From the NCBI RefSeq assembly GCF_001194135.2, contig NC_068990.1:36087353-36151352 (forward strand): DNA of 64,000 nucleotides. Direction: 5' to 3'. This document shows positions 52,110 through 64,000 of the stretch, piece by piece. The position numbers and the translations under genes were made by a program. The notes below the pieces were generated by a model. It was not told the DNA's origin. It did not search any database and saw only the letters and a program-made list of their open reading frames with translations. Each line of letters begins with the position of its first letter. Position 1 is the stretch's first letter. The stretch comes from Octopus bimaculoides. Its lineage: Eukaryota.

Positions 52110-52346
52110 AAGATACCGCGCTGCTTCAAATGAGGTTAGAAGGGCCACATAAGAGCGAACTGCCCTCCACCACCCAAAATGGTAGAGGAGCGACAGCCGC
52201 CACCACAGGAAAGGAGACAGGAAGAAGGGACAAAAGAAACACCAGAGGATAAGGAATGGGAAGCGGTCAAGAGGAGGAAAAAATAGAAAGCGGAAGAAAG
52301 TGAGTGCCTGTGAGGCCCAACCCACCCAGTGCCCACCCTCTCCCTC
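52110..52346 (+). mobile_element. Probable LINE ORF1 fragment (Tx1/L1-like)
   Basis: PPPKMVEERQPPPQERRQEEGTKETPEDKEWEAVKRRKK: low-complexity charged segment with a W..V.RRK motif typical of ORF1 C-terminal regions. Confidence 0.35.
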
Positions 52347-52806
52347 TTCACCACACCCTCCCCATGNNNNNNNNNNNNNNNNNNNNNNNNNNNNNNNNNN
52401 NNNNNNNNNNNNNNNNNNNNNNNNNNNNNNNNNNNNNNNNNNNNNNNNNNNNNNNNNNNNNNNNNNNNNNNNNNNNNNNNNNNNNNNNNNNNNNNNNNNN
52501 NNNNNNNNNNNNNNNNNNNNNNNNNNNNNNNNNNNNNNNNNNNNNNNNNNNNNNNNNNNNNNNNNNNNNNNNNNNNNNNNNNNNNNNNNNNNNNNNNNNN
52601 NNNNNNNNNNNNNNNNNNCCGATCTATTAATCCAAACAAAAAAAAAAGATGCAAACACACACGATGGAAATAAGGTTTCCCCTCCCCCTGTTTGTTTTGC
52701 TTGCCTCTGTATGAGGACATGGAGGATGACTTGATTAAACGGGTGAACGAATGGAACTCTGGGAGGATGGTGAGGCCGCGATGTGTTATTTGTTGAACGA
52801 GGAACG

Positions 52807-52914
52807 TGGAGGTGCAATGGCCCAATGGTTAGGGCAGCGGACTGGCGGTCATAGGATCGCAGTTTCGATTCTCAGACCGGGTGTTGTGAGTGTTTATTGA
52901 GCGAAAACACCTAT
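52807..52914 (+). mobile_element. tRNA-derived SINE head, cut by an N gap
   Basis: tggaggtgcaatggcccaatggttagggcagcggact..gtttcgattctc; related reverse copy at 59535-59756. Confidence 0.8.
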
Positions 52915-53862
52915 NNNNNNNNNNNNNNNNNNNNNNNNNNNNNNNNNNNNNNNNNNNNNNNNNNNNNNNNNNNNNNNNNNNNNNNNNNNNNNNNNNNNNN
53001 NNNNNNNNNNNNNNNNNNNNNNNNNNNNNNNNNNNNNNNNNNNNNNNNNNNNNNNNNNNNNNNNNNNNNNNNNNNNNNNNNNNNNNNNNNNNNNNNNNNN
53101 NNNNNNNNNNNNNNNNNNNNNNNNNNNNNNNNNNNNNNNNNNNNNNNNNNNNNNNNNNNNNNNNNNNNNNNNNNNNNNNNNNNNNNNNNNNNNNNNNNNN
53201 NNNNNNNNNNNNNNNNNNNNNNNNNNNNNNNNNNNNNNNNNNNNNNNNNNNNNNNNNNNNNNNNNNNNNNNNNNNNNNNNNNNNNNNNNNNNNNNNNNNN
53301 NNNNNNNNNNNNNNNNNNNNNNNNNNNNNNNNNNNNNNNNNNNNNNNNNNNNNNNNNNNNNNNNNNNNNNNNNNNNNNNNNNNNNNNNNNNNNNNNNNNN
53401 NNNNNNNNNNNNNNNNNNNNNNNNNNNNNNNNNNNNNNNNNNNNNNNNNNNNNNNNNNNNNNNNNNNNNNNNNNNNNNNNNNNNNNNNNNNNNNNNNNNN
53501 NNNNNNNNNNNNNNNNNNNNNNNNNNNNNNNNNNNNNNNNNNNNNNNNNNNNNNNNNNNNNNNNNNNNNNNNNNNNNNNNNNNNNNNNNNNNNNNNNNNN
53601 NNNNNNNNNNNNNNNNNNNNNNNNNNNNNNNNNNNNNNNNNNNNNNNNNNNNNNNNNNNNNNNNNNNNNNNNNNNNNNNNNNNNNNNNNNNNNNNNNNNN
53701 NNNNNNNNNNNNNNNNNNNNNNNNNNNNNNNNNNNNNNNNNNNNNNNNNNNNNNNNNNNNNNNNNNNNNNNNNNNNNNNNNNNNNNNNNNNNNNNNNNNN
53801 NNNNNNNNNNNNNNNNNNNNNNNNNNNNNNNNNNNNNNNNNNNNNNNNNNNNNNNNNNNNNN

Positions 53863-54410
53863 AACCGTGTGTTAGCTGTATGCGGTGGGCGGGTTCGCTC
53901 CACAGCTGTGAAAATTTTTGTTAGGCATTTTTTGTGCCGAAAACCACTTTGGAATACCTTTACTTTTGGAGTAAATTTTGAAGGAACAGGATTCCGTGTC
54001 TGTGACTTTCCTTTTTATTCCTTTCTACTATCCAACTTTTTCTATTCTGTCTCTCTTTTTAGTTCTTTTTTTCTTCTACCTTTTAATTTTGCGAACTGTG
54101 TTTATTTCTAGAACTGTTTTTATTTATTTTGAACGGACATGGCGTCCCAAAAGAAAAACACTGTCTTGGAGTGGAAATTGTGCCCACCCAAGCAATGGTT
54201 AAAAGACTTATAAGGAAGAACGGTAGTGCTGAGGACCTACTCTAGGTCGCTCGGTACCATCGCCCAATTTGACAAGGAGGAAATAACGAAAGAACTGGCA
54301 GATTATCTGCCGATTGTGAAATATATCTCTGGGGGACCAAATTTGCGACAGTATGGTTGCTGTTTGGTACCCCCGAGGAGGCTGTTATATTTGCCAGCAG
54401 GCCCCTTGAA
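53863..54410 (+). mobile_element. Probable Tx1/L1-like LINE 5' UTR and start of ORF1, decayed
   Basis: Pyrimidine-rich UTR, ATG at 54139, MASQKKNTV..KQWLKDL*GRTVVLRTYSR..VKYISGG.KFATV..F.TPEEA..ASRPL with a stop and a frameshift; family assignment from recollection of such ORF1 sequences. Confidence 0.5.
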
Positions 54411-54422
54411 GGGGAAAAAATA

Positions 54423-55391
54423 CAACGACGTGTATTCAGTTGAAGAAAGCTACTGCTGTTTGCGAAAGTGATTGAAGAGGAACAACTTTTCGGGTCACCT
54501 CTACTAAATATCACCAGTCTATTCTATTCTTGTTTTGTTTACTGCTTGTGTTGCAGATTACGCTCTTTTGTTTTTTGTTTTTGTTTTTATTCGGTTCTCG
54601 CGTCGTAGTAACCAGTAAACATCGAAAAATCGACACCAAGAAAGAAGAAATATTATTTAGATATATTTATTCGTTTGTTCCACATGTAGTTAGAGATACA
54701 ACAGTAATTGTAGTGGCAGTGACAAGTTCACTCGCTGGTTCGTAGTTGATAGTGTAGAAGTGGCTGTCTTCCAGTAGAGGAGGAAAGAGCAAGGAATGCA
54801 CGGTGCTGACTAGAAAGGTGGCCTCGTCTTTCTTCAACAATGATGTTGAAAGTAAATCGTGTTGAGCGTGAGAAATTACACCAGTATACGAACTTTCAAA
54901 CCGTTTAGTTAAATAATTAAAAAAATCTGTGAGCGAAACTGAACAGATCCAATACCTGCACACGCATATGTAAATAAAACAAACATACATGCATTTTTTA
55001 ATTCTTTTATTCTTTTACCTGAATTGCGGCCGAAAGCTTCTCTTTTATGTCAGCTATGACCAATGAGCAACACTTTCTCTTCACCTTTCGCTCGACATAC
55101 GAATAGAACAGAGTGGTGATATTTAGTAGAGATTACCCAGAAGTTGTTCCTCTTCGATTACTTTCGCAAACAGCAGTAGCTTTCTTCAACTGAATACACG
55201 TCGTTGATTCGTTAAAACTATCCAAATACAGCCACTTTAACACGAAATAACTTCTAAATCACGAAATCTTGTCAAAAATGCTGAAAGTAAACCGTGTTGT
55301 GCGTGAGAAATTACACCAGTATACGAACTTTCAAACTGTTTAGTTAAAGAAAAATAATTAAAAAATCTGTGAGCGAAACTGAGAAGATTCC
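54423..55391. repeat. Interleaved inverted (54423-54529 / 55101-55206) and direct (54847-54950 / 55282-55391) repeats
   Basis: Both pairs align by eye at roughly 90% identity. Confidence 0.9.
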
Positions 55392-57974
55392 AGGTATGTA
55401 TGTATGTATGTACGTATGTGGGTAGGTTGGTTGGTTGGTAGGTAGGTAGATATCCGGTAAACGCAACTAAGGCAGTACCAAATTTTAAAAGCCATCTAAG
55501 AACGTACGCGTATATACACTCTTTATTGGTCGTTTACTGCGGTATTTGTCCAGTGATAACATCTCATATAGACGTGCAGTGTTAAACAATAAATATCGAA
55601 GAGAGAGAGAGAGAGGAAAATTTGCTTCAGCAGCTGCCAGCGAAGCGACAGGTGAATTCTGGCCATTTTTGATCTACAACGACGTGTACTCGCAGTCAAC
55701 CATATATCCACCCACTCGATACAGGAAACTGAATAGCCTCTGGACTGAACAAGACTTCGCTATAGGCAACCAACAGGATCTGTATCGGAAAATAAATGCG
55801 CTGCCCGCAGTCCACTGACTGAAAGTAGTAAACGGATAAAAGAAGTGAAAAGAGACAGGGAAATCGCCAGAAACAGGCAGACAGAACGACAGCCAGAACA
55901 GGAGAGAAATAGACAGACAGATTGATAGAGAGACTGGGAGAGACACACACTGTGAGAGAAAGAGACAGATAGATAGCTAGAAAGAGAAAGAGGCAGATAG
56001 ATAGGGAGAGAGAGAGAGAGATTGAAAAATAGACAAGCAAACAGAGAGACAGACATATAAATAGAGAGAAAGACTGGGAGAGACATACAGTGAGAGAGAA
56101 AGAGGAAGATAGATACAAAGAGAGAGAGAGGGGCAGATAGATAGACAGACAAAGAGAGAGACTGAAAAACAGACTGGCAGACAGAGACGGAAGGACAGAC
56201 AGATAGATAGTAAGATAGATAGATAGATAGATAGATAGATAAACAGACAGACAGGCAGGCAGACAAATAGCAATATTCTATACAGCTATCATCTCAGCAA
56301 ACTTAGAAAAGTTTTGGGCTTTTTTTTTATATAACATTAATCCATCATTTACTGTCTGAGAGTCTTCCTTGCTCTCTCTCCTTCTCTCTCTCTCTCTCTC
56401 TTTCTTTCTCTCNNNNNNNNNNNNNNNNNNNNNNNNNNNNNNNNNNNNNNNNNNNNNNNNNNNNNNNNNNNNNNNNNNNNNNNNNNNNNNNNNNNNNNNN
56501 NNNNNNNNNNNNNNNNNNNNNNNNNNNNNNNNNNNNNNNNNNNNNNNNNNNNNNNNNNNNNNNNNNNNNNNNNNNNNNNNNNNNNNNNNNNNNNNNNNNN
56601 NNNNNNNNNNNNNNNNNNNNNNNNNNNNNNNNNNNNNNNNNNNNNNNNNNNNNNNNNNNNNNNNNNNNNNNNNNNNNNNNNNNNNNNNNNNNNNNNNNNN
56701 NNNNNNNNNNNNNNNNNNNNNNNNNNNNNNNNNNNNNNNNNNNNNNNNNNNNNNNNNNNNNNNNNNNNNNNNNNNNNNNNNNNNNNNNNNNNNNNNNNNN
56801 NNNNNNNNNNNNNNNNNNNNNNNNNNNNNNNNNNNNNNNNNNNNNNNNNNNNNNNNNNNNNNNNNNNNNNNNNNNNNNNNNNNNNNNNNNNNNNNNNNNN
56901 NNNNNNNNNNNNNNNNNNNNNNNNNNNNNNNNNNNNNNNNNNNNNNNNNNNNNNNNNNNNNNNNNNNNNNNNNNNNNNNNNNNNNNNNNNNNNNNNNNNN
57001 NNNNNNNNNNNNNNNNNNNNNNNNNNNNNNNNNNNNNNNNNNNNNNNNNNNNNNNNNNNNNNNNNNNNNNNNNNNNNNNNNNNNNNNNNNNNNNNNNNNN
57101 NNNNNNNNNNNNNNNNNNNNNNNNNNNNNNNNNNNNNNNNNNNNNNNNNNNNNNNNNNNNNNNNNNNNNNNNNNNNNNNNNNNNNNNNNNNNNNNNNNNN
57201 NNTGTGTGTGTGTGTGTCTTCACGCTTCTTCTTCTTCTTCGTCGTCGTCATCTTGCTGTGTATTCCTTCTATCTGTGTTGCTGATATTTGCTTACTTAAG
57301 GGGTTGTGCACGCGCGCGTATGTGGATGTGTGTGCTTTTGTGTATGTATGTGTATATGCAACTGTAATCGTATGTGTAATGTATACCTTCTTAGCTATGT
57401 GCTTGCAGGAGTGCCAACGGCTTTGAATATGTTTCTGTTTGTAATTGTTTATGCATACGTATGTATGTATGTATGTATGTATGTATGTGCTTGTGTGTGT
57501 TTGAGCTTGCATGAATGAATGTGTGCTGAAATATGTGTGTGTATGGGAGTGTGTGATTTTTTGCATCTGGTTTGTATTTGTCTTTGACTATCAACTTGTG
57601 TGCGTATGTGTGTGAGTTACGTTATCGCTATACTCTCCTGCATACCTCAAGCTCTCCCAGCACCTTTACCACCGCCACTACCACCACCACATCATTTTCA
57701 TCATCATCATCATCACTATCATCCACTAGTTCCAGGGGTATTCTTTCCATTCTCTACACGTTCATCAACCGGTTGGTTGTGAGACGGATTTCATTTGCCA
57801 TTAATTCTTATTCAATCCAAGTAACCCGGATATTTTCGGAAACTCTTTGAATCGATTTTACGCTACAAAGAACACGTCTCTTTTGCAAATAAATTTGGCG
57901 TTGAAAGGCAGCGTTTCAATGAAGCAAAAAATACTGAGATGGAGGTAAAAAAAAAAGAAAGAAAGAAAGAAAAA

Positions 57975-58290
57975 AGGTAAATGGATAGAGAGAGAGAGAT
58001 AGATAGACAGATAGACAGATAGATAGTTAGATAGATGGATAGATAGATGGGTAGACAGATAGATGGATAGACACAGACGGATAGATAGATAGATAGATAG
58101 ATAGATAGACAGACGGATAGATAGATAGATAGACAGACGGATAGATAGATAGATAGACAGACGGATAGATAGATAGATAGATAGACAGACGGATAGATAG
58201 ATAGATAGACAGACGGATAGACGGATAGATAAACAGACAGACAAATAGACAGACAGACAAATAGATTGAGAGATAGACCGATAGATAGAT
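57975..58290. repeat. (AGAT/AGAC/GGAT)n tetranucleotide mosaic
   Basis: Direct reading. Confidence 0.95.
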
Positions 58291-59067
58291 AGATCATGAT
58301 ATTGGATGATTAAAGAAAGCGACAGTAAAGGAAAGTAGTAGGAAGGATATATAATAAACATAAATATATGCATATATTTATATATACACACGTACATCCG
58401 CACAGATATGCATACACAAACACTCACATATAGATAGATAGGTAGGTAGGTAGATAGATAGATTAAAGAGTAAAAGAGACGGAAATAAATGGAAGAGAAA
58501 TGGAAAAAGACGAAATGCAAGATGACTAGCTTAAAGTATTTGTCTTAGCATCCATCTGAATTCTCCATTTTGAAAGCTAGCATAAATAGCGACCTGTTAT
58601 ATATCGTCAGCGATACCATTAATAGCAATCTGTTATATATTTTTGGTGATATGTATTTATCAATATCGACTTATGAAATTAATAGTTAACCAATCAACAT
58701 CTCTATTCGATAGTCCTGTTTCTTTCTTTATACACACACACACACACACACACACATACACACACACACACGCACACACACACAAATATATATATATTAT
58801 TATGATTGACCGTTGACTGAACACTATTCAATTTTTTTNNNNNNNNNNNNNNNNNNNNNNNNNNNNNNNNNNNNNNNNNNNNNNNNNNNNNNNNNNNNNN
58901 NNNNNNNNNNNNNNNNNNNNNNNNNNNNNNNNNNNNNNNNNNNNNNNNNNNNNNNNNNNNNNNNNNNNNNNNNNNNNNNNNNNNNNNNNNNNNNNNNNNN
59001 NNNNNNNNNNNNNNNNNNNNNNNNNNNTGTGTGCGTATATATGAGTGTGTGAATGTATGTGTGTATG

Positions 59068-59103
<36 letters not shown>

Positions 59104-59534
59104 TAGATAGATAGATAGATATGAATGTGTGTCTGTATATATATATATGTTGTATAGGAGTATATTTATCTAAGTCTGTGTTATTTTTAATTTGTTAGGG
59201 AGCCAGTTTAAAATTTTTTTTTTTTTATATGCATAAACCTATAAATGCCATATAATACTTCCCGAGATGCATTGCAGCAAACCGATATCACGGAGAGGCC
59301 AGGAATATATCGTTACGACAACCACTTTCATTCTAGAAAAAAATTACTTGATCTCCCCAGTTATTTAGCTCTATTCCTGTAGAATATCTATCATAATGTG
59401 TTACTGTGGTAGACTCTCTGCTCTTCGCGTCTGCTTCAATAGTTCAAATCCTTGCTTCGGCTATTTCCATGTTAGCTTATTTCTACTTCCTTTTAATAAA
59501 AAGATACAAGTAAGCTAAAACTCTTTCCTGATTC

Positions 59535-59756
59535 ATATAAACTCATAGGACCGGTTTCCTTGGGGCATATATTTCCCCCACTAGATGGACACCCGTCCGT
59601 CACAAGATTACTCACTTTTGCCAACTGAGTGACCTGAAAACAACATGAAATAAAGTGTTTTGCTCGAAAACTCAGCGCATCCCTCGGTCCAGGAATCGAA
59701 ACCACAATCTTACGATCATGAGTTCAGTACCCTAACCCCTAAGCCACACGCCTCCA
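59535..59756 (-). mobile_element. tRNA-derived SINE
   Basis: Minus strand tggaggcgtgtggcttaggggttagggtact..gtttcgattcctggacc..ttttcgagcaaaacacttta; related to the 52807 and 25776 copies. Confidence 0.85.
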
Positions 59757-59959
59757 CTCTTCCAGCTAATATTTGGATCTTCTACGTATAAATTAATTTG
59801 CTGAATAGCGAAGCATGTGGATAATCACTGTGAAGTCGATAGACCTGCTAGAAATAGCAACCAAATCTCCCACAAATCAAACCCTACAAGCCTTTACTTT
59901 TTTTTTCATCCTTTCTAGACAAGCTGTTTCGGCACTTTATTTATCTATTGAAGAAATTT

Positions 59960-61310
59960 TTTTTTTATCGTCGATGTTGTTGGGATGGATGTGATTTGTC
60001 CTGTTCGGTGGCTTGACAGTCAACAAGGAGGAAGTAGAGTTCGGGGATCAGTGCGCCACGTGATGTGAGCGTGTATCGTATGAAAAAAGCTGTAAGATTG
60101 ACAGGTCGAACTCTGAGGTAAGAAAAACTGCAGACAGAACTGAAGACACTGACTTACAGGCTGAGTTTGTCGGCGAGCGATGGAAGATGACGTACTTTTG
60201 AAAGGAAGGACCTCTGCTATTGAGAAACAAGGTGAGCTGCTACGAGCACACTTTAACAGAAGCTATGAATGAGTTAGAGAGAGAGGTGGCCGATGGATTG
60301 AGGAGGGTATTTTAATGGTGCGGAAAGAGAAAGTGAAGAGAGGTTATTACCGATGGTGGCAGTAGCCCAGCCGACAGAAAAAAAGAATAATAAATTCCGG
60401 CCAGTACAAGACTTTCGAGTATTGAATAAGCACGTGTCATGTTATACTGGTACCGAATTGGATGTTGTTTGCGGGGAGATCTTTTCAGGTGGTGGCAGAT
60501 GACAAGAGCGACTATGATCGTCGGTCTTAAGTCGGCATATCTGCAGCTCCATATGGCTGAGAAATTGTGAGCAGCTGTGTCGTAAGACATATTGTGTGAC
60601 ACGGCTGAAATTCGGTTTGAACTCAACACCAAAAGTCATGGCAAAAGTGTTCAAGGCAATCTTGGGTAAAGTGGCCAAAGTGAAGTAGGCTACTAGCTCT
60701 TATACTGATGATATTTTGATAGAAGAAACCGAGGTGGAAGAAACTGAGGGACAGCTGAAGAGGTTCGAATTGACCACGAGACTACCAGAATCTATAGAAG
60801 GAGCTACTGCACTGGAACGCAAGGTCGAGAGAGACAAAGTAGGGGAGTATTATGTTTCGGATATGAAATGATATTCCGAACTTGAGCGAAGAATGATTAA
60901 ACGAGAGCTATTCTCAATATGTGGGAAACTAGTTGACCATTACACCGCTGCAGGATGGCTCTGAACGGCATGCAGCTACATCAGGAGGCGAGCTGGAGTA
61001 AGCTGGAGTGACAAATTGAGTGAGAAGACAATTGTCATGATACGAGCCGTTCTGGAGAGAATGAGAAAGGAAGAACGTGTGAAGGGAAGTTGGTATATCT
61101 ACGAAATAAAAGAAGGAATTGTATGATGTGATTCTAGCAGCATAGCAATAGGAGGCACATTAGAAATGGAAGGGGTGAGGTTGAAGATGTAGTATTGCTC
61201 AGGAAGAAAGATAACTACAATCACCTCAATGAAACTGAACAGGACGCTCCGTTGAAGGGCCTGAAGTTGATGCTGAGATGGAGCTGGCATGCTCCCCTGA
61301 GATTCACTCT
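59960..61310 (+). mobile_element. Ty3/Gypsy-like LTR retrotransposon pol remnant (RT and RNase H)
   Basis: RPVQDFRVLNKHV, LKSAYLQL, TRLKFGLNSTPK, YTDD at 60701-60712, KRELFSICGKLV.HY..GWL, CDSSSIAIG..LRKKDNYNHLN; many stops and frameshifts; no LTRs found. Confidence 0.85.
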
Positions 61311-61374
61311 GATCCAACCATGGGACGGGGACGTGTGACATCAGTGATCTCCAATCAATTCAAACAGCCTATTT

Positions 61375-62232
61375 ATCAACTTCATTTAATAATATATTAC
61401 ATATTCTCTTTCATTATTCACGGCGTTTTGCCAACGTTTCACCAGCTTGTGTCAAGACCCGATGATAGAAATCACCGGGGCTTGCCTCGAAAAATTCATC
61501 GAGCCACATTTTTAACGTCATTGTCGAACGAAACCCCTCGCAGACTGTTGGAGAACGATTGTAAAAGGTAATAACACAAAACTGCTATATTAGGGAAATG
61601 CAGTAGATGTAGAAGAACTTGAATAGGATGTTTGGACAAATTAGCAGCAGAGAAGAGAATGCTGTCATTTTTGGACGTTACCTATATAGTGAAGATGACG
61701 ACCGACGGTATCGTGAAAGCATCTCATTTGCTGGACCAGTTTATAGGTGGCTGGCACGGATTTTCGTGGATGAGCTCATTCAATCGATCCTAATCATTTA
61801 GCACTTCTCTGTATGTAATTATAACTGCATTTGCTTATAGATAAACCCCTGCTTATACTTGGTCGGCTGGAACGCGGTGAGTCTGTGAGATCGAATTTCC
61901 CCTCCTTGAGGCACGAAACCTATTTCTATGCATATATTTCAGTAATAGCGCCTACTCAGTACACAATTCACACATCTCAAGCCTTCTTGGTAGCTTGGAA
62001 CCTTGACTAAAAGCGAAGAGAGGTGTCGAAATGCATGTTTCTCAACTTGACGTTCAATCGACTTATGTTTAAATAGAGGGAAGAAAATTATTGGAATTTC
62101 AAAAACGGCAAACAGAAGTTATAGAGAAAGAAGAGGGTATATAAAAAAATATAAAACACTGCGATAAAAATATTTTTCGTGTTAATTCAGTCAGCTTGGG
62201 AAAGAAATGAACGAATCTATCCGACAACCGAA
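61375..62232 (-). mobile_element. Internally deleted mariner transposon
   Basis: TIR-like tattcggttgtcgga at 62234; minus-strand QVEKHAFRHL, GKFDLTDSPRS.RP, RLNELIHENP, FSNSLRGVSFDNDVK.WLDEFF..KLVKRWQNAVNNEREY. Confidence 0.85.
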
Positions 62233-62527
62233 TAAATGCATAGTTAGGTGCATACGCATACATGTGTGAGTATGTGATGTGTATGTTGTGTAAATACATG
62301 CTCTCTCTCTCTCTCTCTGTGCCTCTTTCTCTCTCTCTTCCTCCCTCTCCCTCTCTCACACGCTCACACACATACGCACACACTCACTCACGCACACACC
62401 CCACCACACACACACACAAAGAGAAAGAGATAGCTCATAACAAATCGCTTATATCACACACTGACATGAGAACGCTGCTAACTCGCACACAAAATATTTG
62501 ATTTTGCGTCTCTCATCTGATTTACTT

Positions 62528-62564
<37 letters not shown>

Positions 62565-63300
62565 GTATATATATGAGGGTACAACTACTCTTTCACTCAG
62601 AAATCTCCAGTGGCATTACATCAACCAATTTGCAATTGTGATGACACCGGAAGTTGCTGCCTGGTATTGTAAGGAAAAATTAGTTTTGCTGCCATAAAAC
62701 TTTTGAATGAAAATGTTGTTGCTTCATTCGGCTTTCAGTATATGTGAGCAATTTAGTGATCGTACATGTAGATATACTTAACTTTTATATAAGGAAGAGT
62801 CAACATAAGAATATATATATATAGTTTAGCTGCAACCCAATTTAATCATCTGTCAAAGTATTTTGATAAAAATTGATCATGAAATATCTTATATAATTCC
62901 AAGTATAAGCAGGGGTTTATTTATAAGCAAATGCATTTATAATTACATACAGAGAAATGCTAAATGTTATATAAATATATATAGCGCAAGTATATATGTA
63001 TATATATAGCGCGCGCGCGTGCGATTCTGATGTATTTTCATTAATCATTGGTGAGTATATATTGACACTAAAGCTGCCTTGAAATTTATTTTATTTTATA
63101 CATTCGAACTTAATGCATGGGATTACTGCTACAGCAAATATATATGATTTAAAATGCATATCCATTTAACAATTTGACAATCTATTTTAATACTAAAGCA
63201 GCAATAATATGTGTTTTTTAATTGTTTAAATCCCAGTATATGCAGAATATTAGTTATAAAATAAACGGATGCCTACGTGAATATATGTCATATTAATGTA

Positions 63301-63331
<31 letters not shown>

Positions 63332-64000
63332 CGAATTATTTATTAGAATTCTTTCTAAAAGGAGCCGGTCTCTAACAAAGAAACAAATGCCCCTTTGCTG
63401 GAATTTGAATAGCAAAAACGATAACTTACACGCTGAAATTTATAAAAGACATACAAATTTGTCCTATCCCCTAATCTGTAAACTGCGTGTTAGCCGATCT
63501 GTTATCTTGCCGTAAAATCCACATTGTTTACATTTAATAACATAACCAAGATCATCGATAAATTTGGCAGAAATATAAATTTCTAGGGTAGTAGAGCTTC
63601 AGATATCGAAGCAGTTGTCCTCTATTTTCCGCTGTTTCACTTATTTTCGAATAGACGTTCATATCAGCAGGATCATGTGGGGTTTATTTTTTCGAGTTTG
63701 TTTAGCAATGAAAAAGAGCCAACGTCTTGCCTGAATATGTGGATTTAATTATATGCTGAACTTCATGAGTGTTTTACATATTTTGACAGTACCTTTGATT
63801 TGCTTGTAGCTGTCATCTTCAGATTAGACGTGTTTTTACTCGCTTTGTGAGTCCAAATTCTCAAGATTGATACTGAAGCGGTTAGTCACGTAACCAAATA
63901 ATTCATTAATTATTGTGTGTAATGTAAATGGCGTACCTGCAAGCCTTTCATTAGTTCAGTATAGATGCTTTCTTTCTTACTAAACAAATATGATGTTGAC

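Noticed and set aside
11472-57566. Long ORFs of 200-400 aa in the ORF track (e.g. 11472-12236, 29122-30234, 47558-48577, 52897-54111, 56349-57566)
   Set aside because: They are open only because they run through N gaps (about 11599-12147, 29245-29990, 47705-48228, 52915-53862, 56413-57202) and microsatellites.

Overview
AT-rich eukaryotic (animal) genomic DNA from a gapped short-read assembly, with many N runs and very dense microsatellites (TA, CA, GA, GATA, CATA, ATC, AAT, GGT). The microsatellite load plus recurring tRNA-derived SINEs with Nin/Deu-like and CORE-like middle domains suggest a cephalopod, probably Octopus (inference, not verified by search). No intact protein-coding gene can be supported. 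Almost all ORFs in the supplied track are microsatellite or N-gap artefacts; a few short, splice-signal-bounded candidate exons on the + strand remain unproven. The recognisable content is decayed mobile DNA: several Tc1/mariner elements (one nested inside another at a TA), two Helitron pieces, Penelope-like remnants, R4/Dong-, Tx1-, RTE- and CR1-like LINE fragments, a Ty3/Gypsy-like pol remnant and about 15 SINE copies. The most interesting structure is at 7749-8219. It is a tRNA-headed SINE whose 3' part carries a Penelope-type minimal hammerhead ribozyme, with an inverted partial copy of its own tail at its 5' end and a 12-bp flanking duplication. Related degenerate hammerhead motifs occur at about 35.3, 41.3, 42.6 and 42.8 kb.
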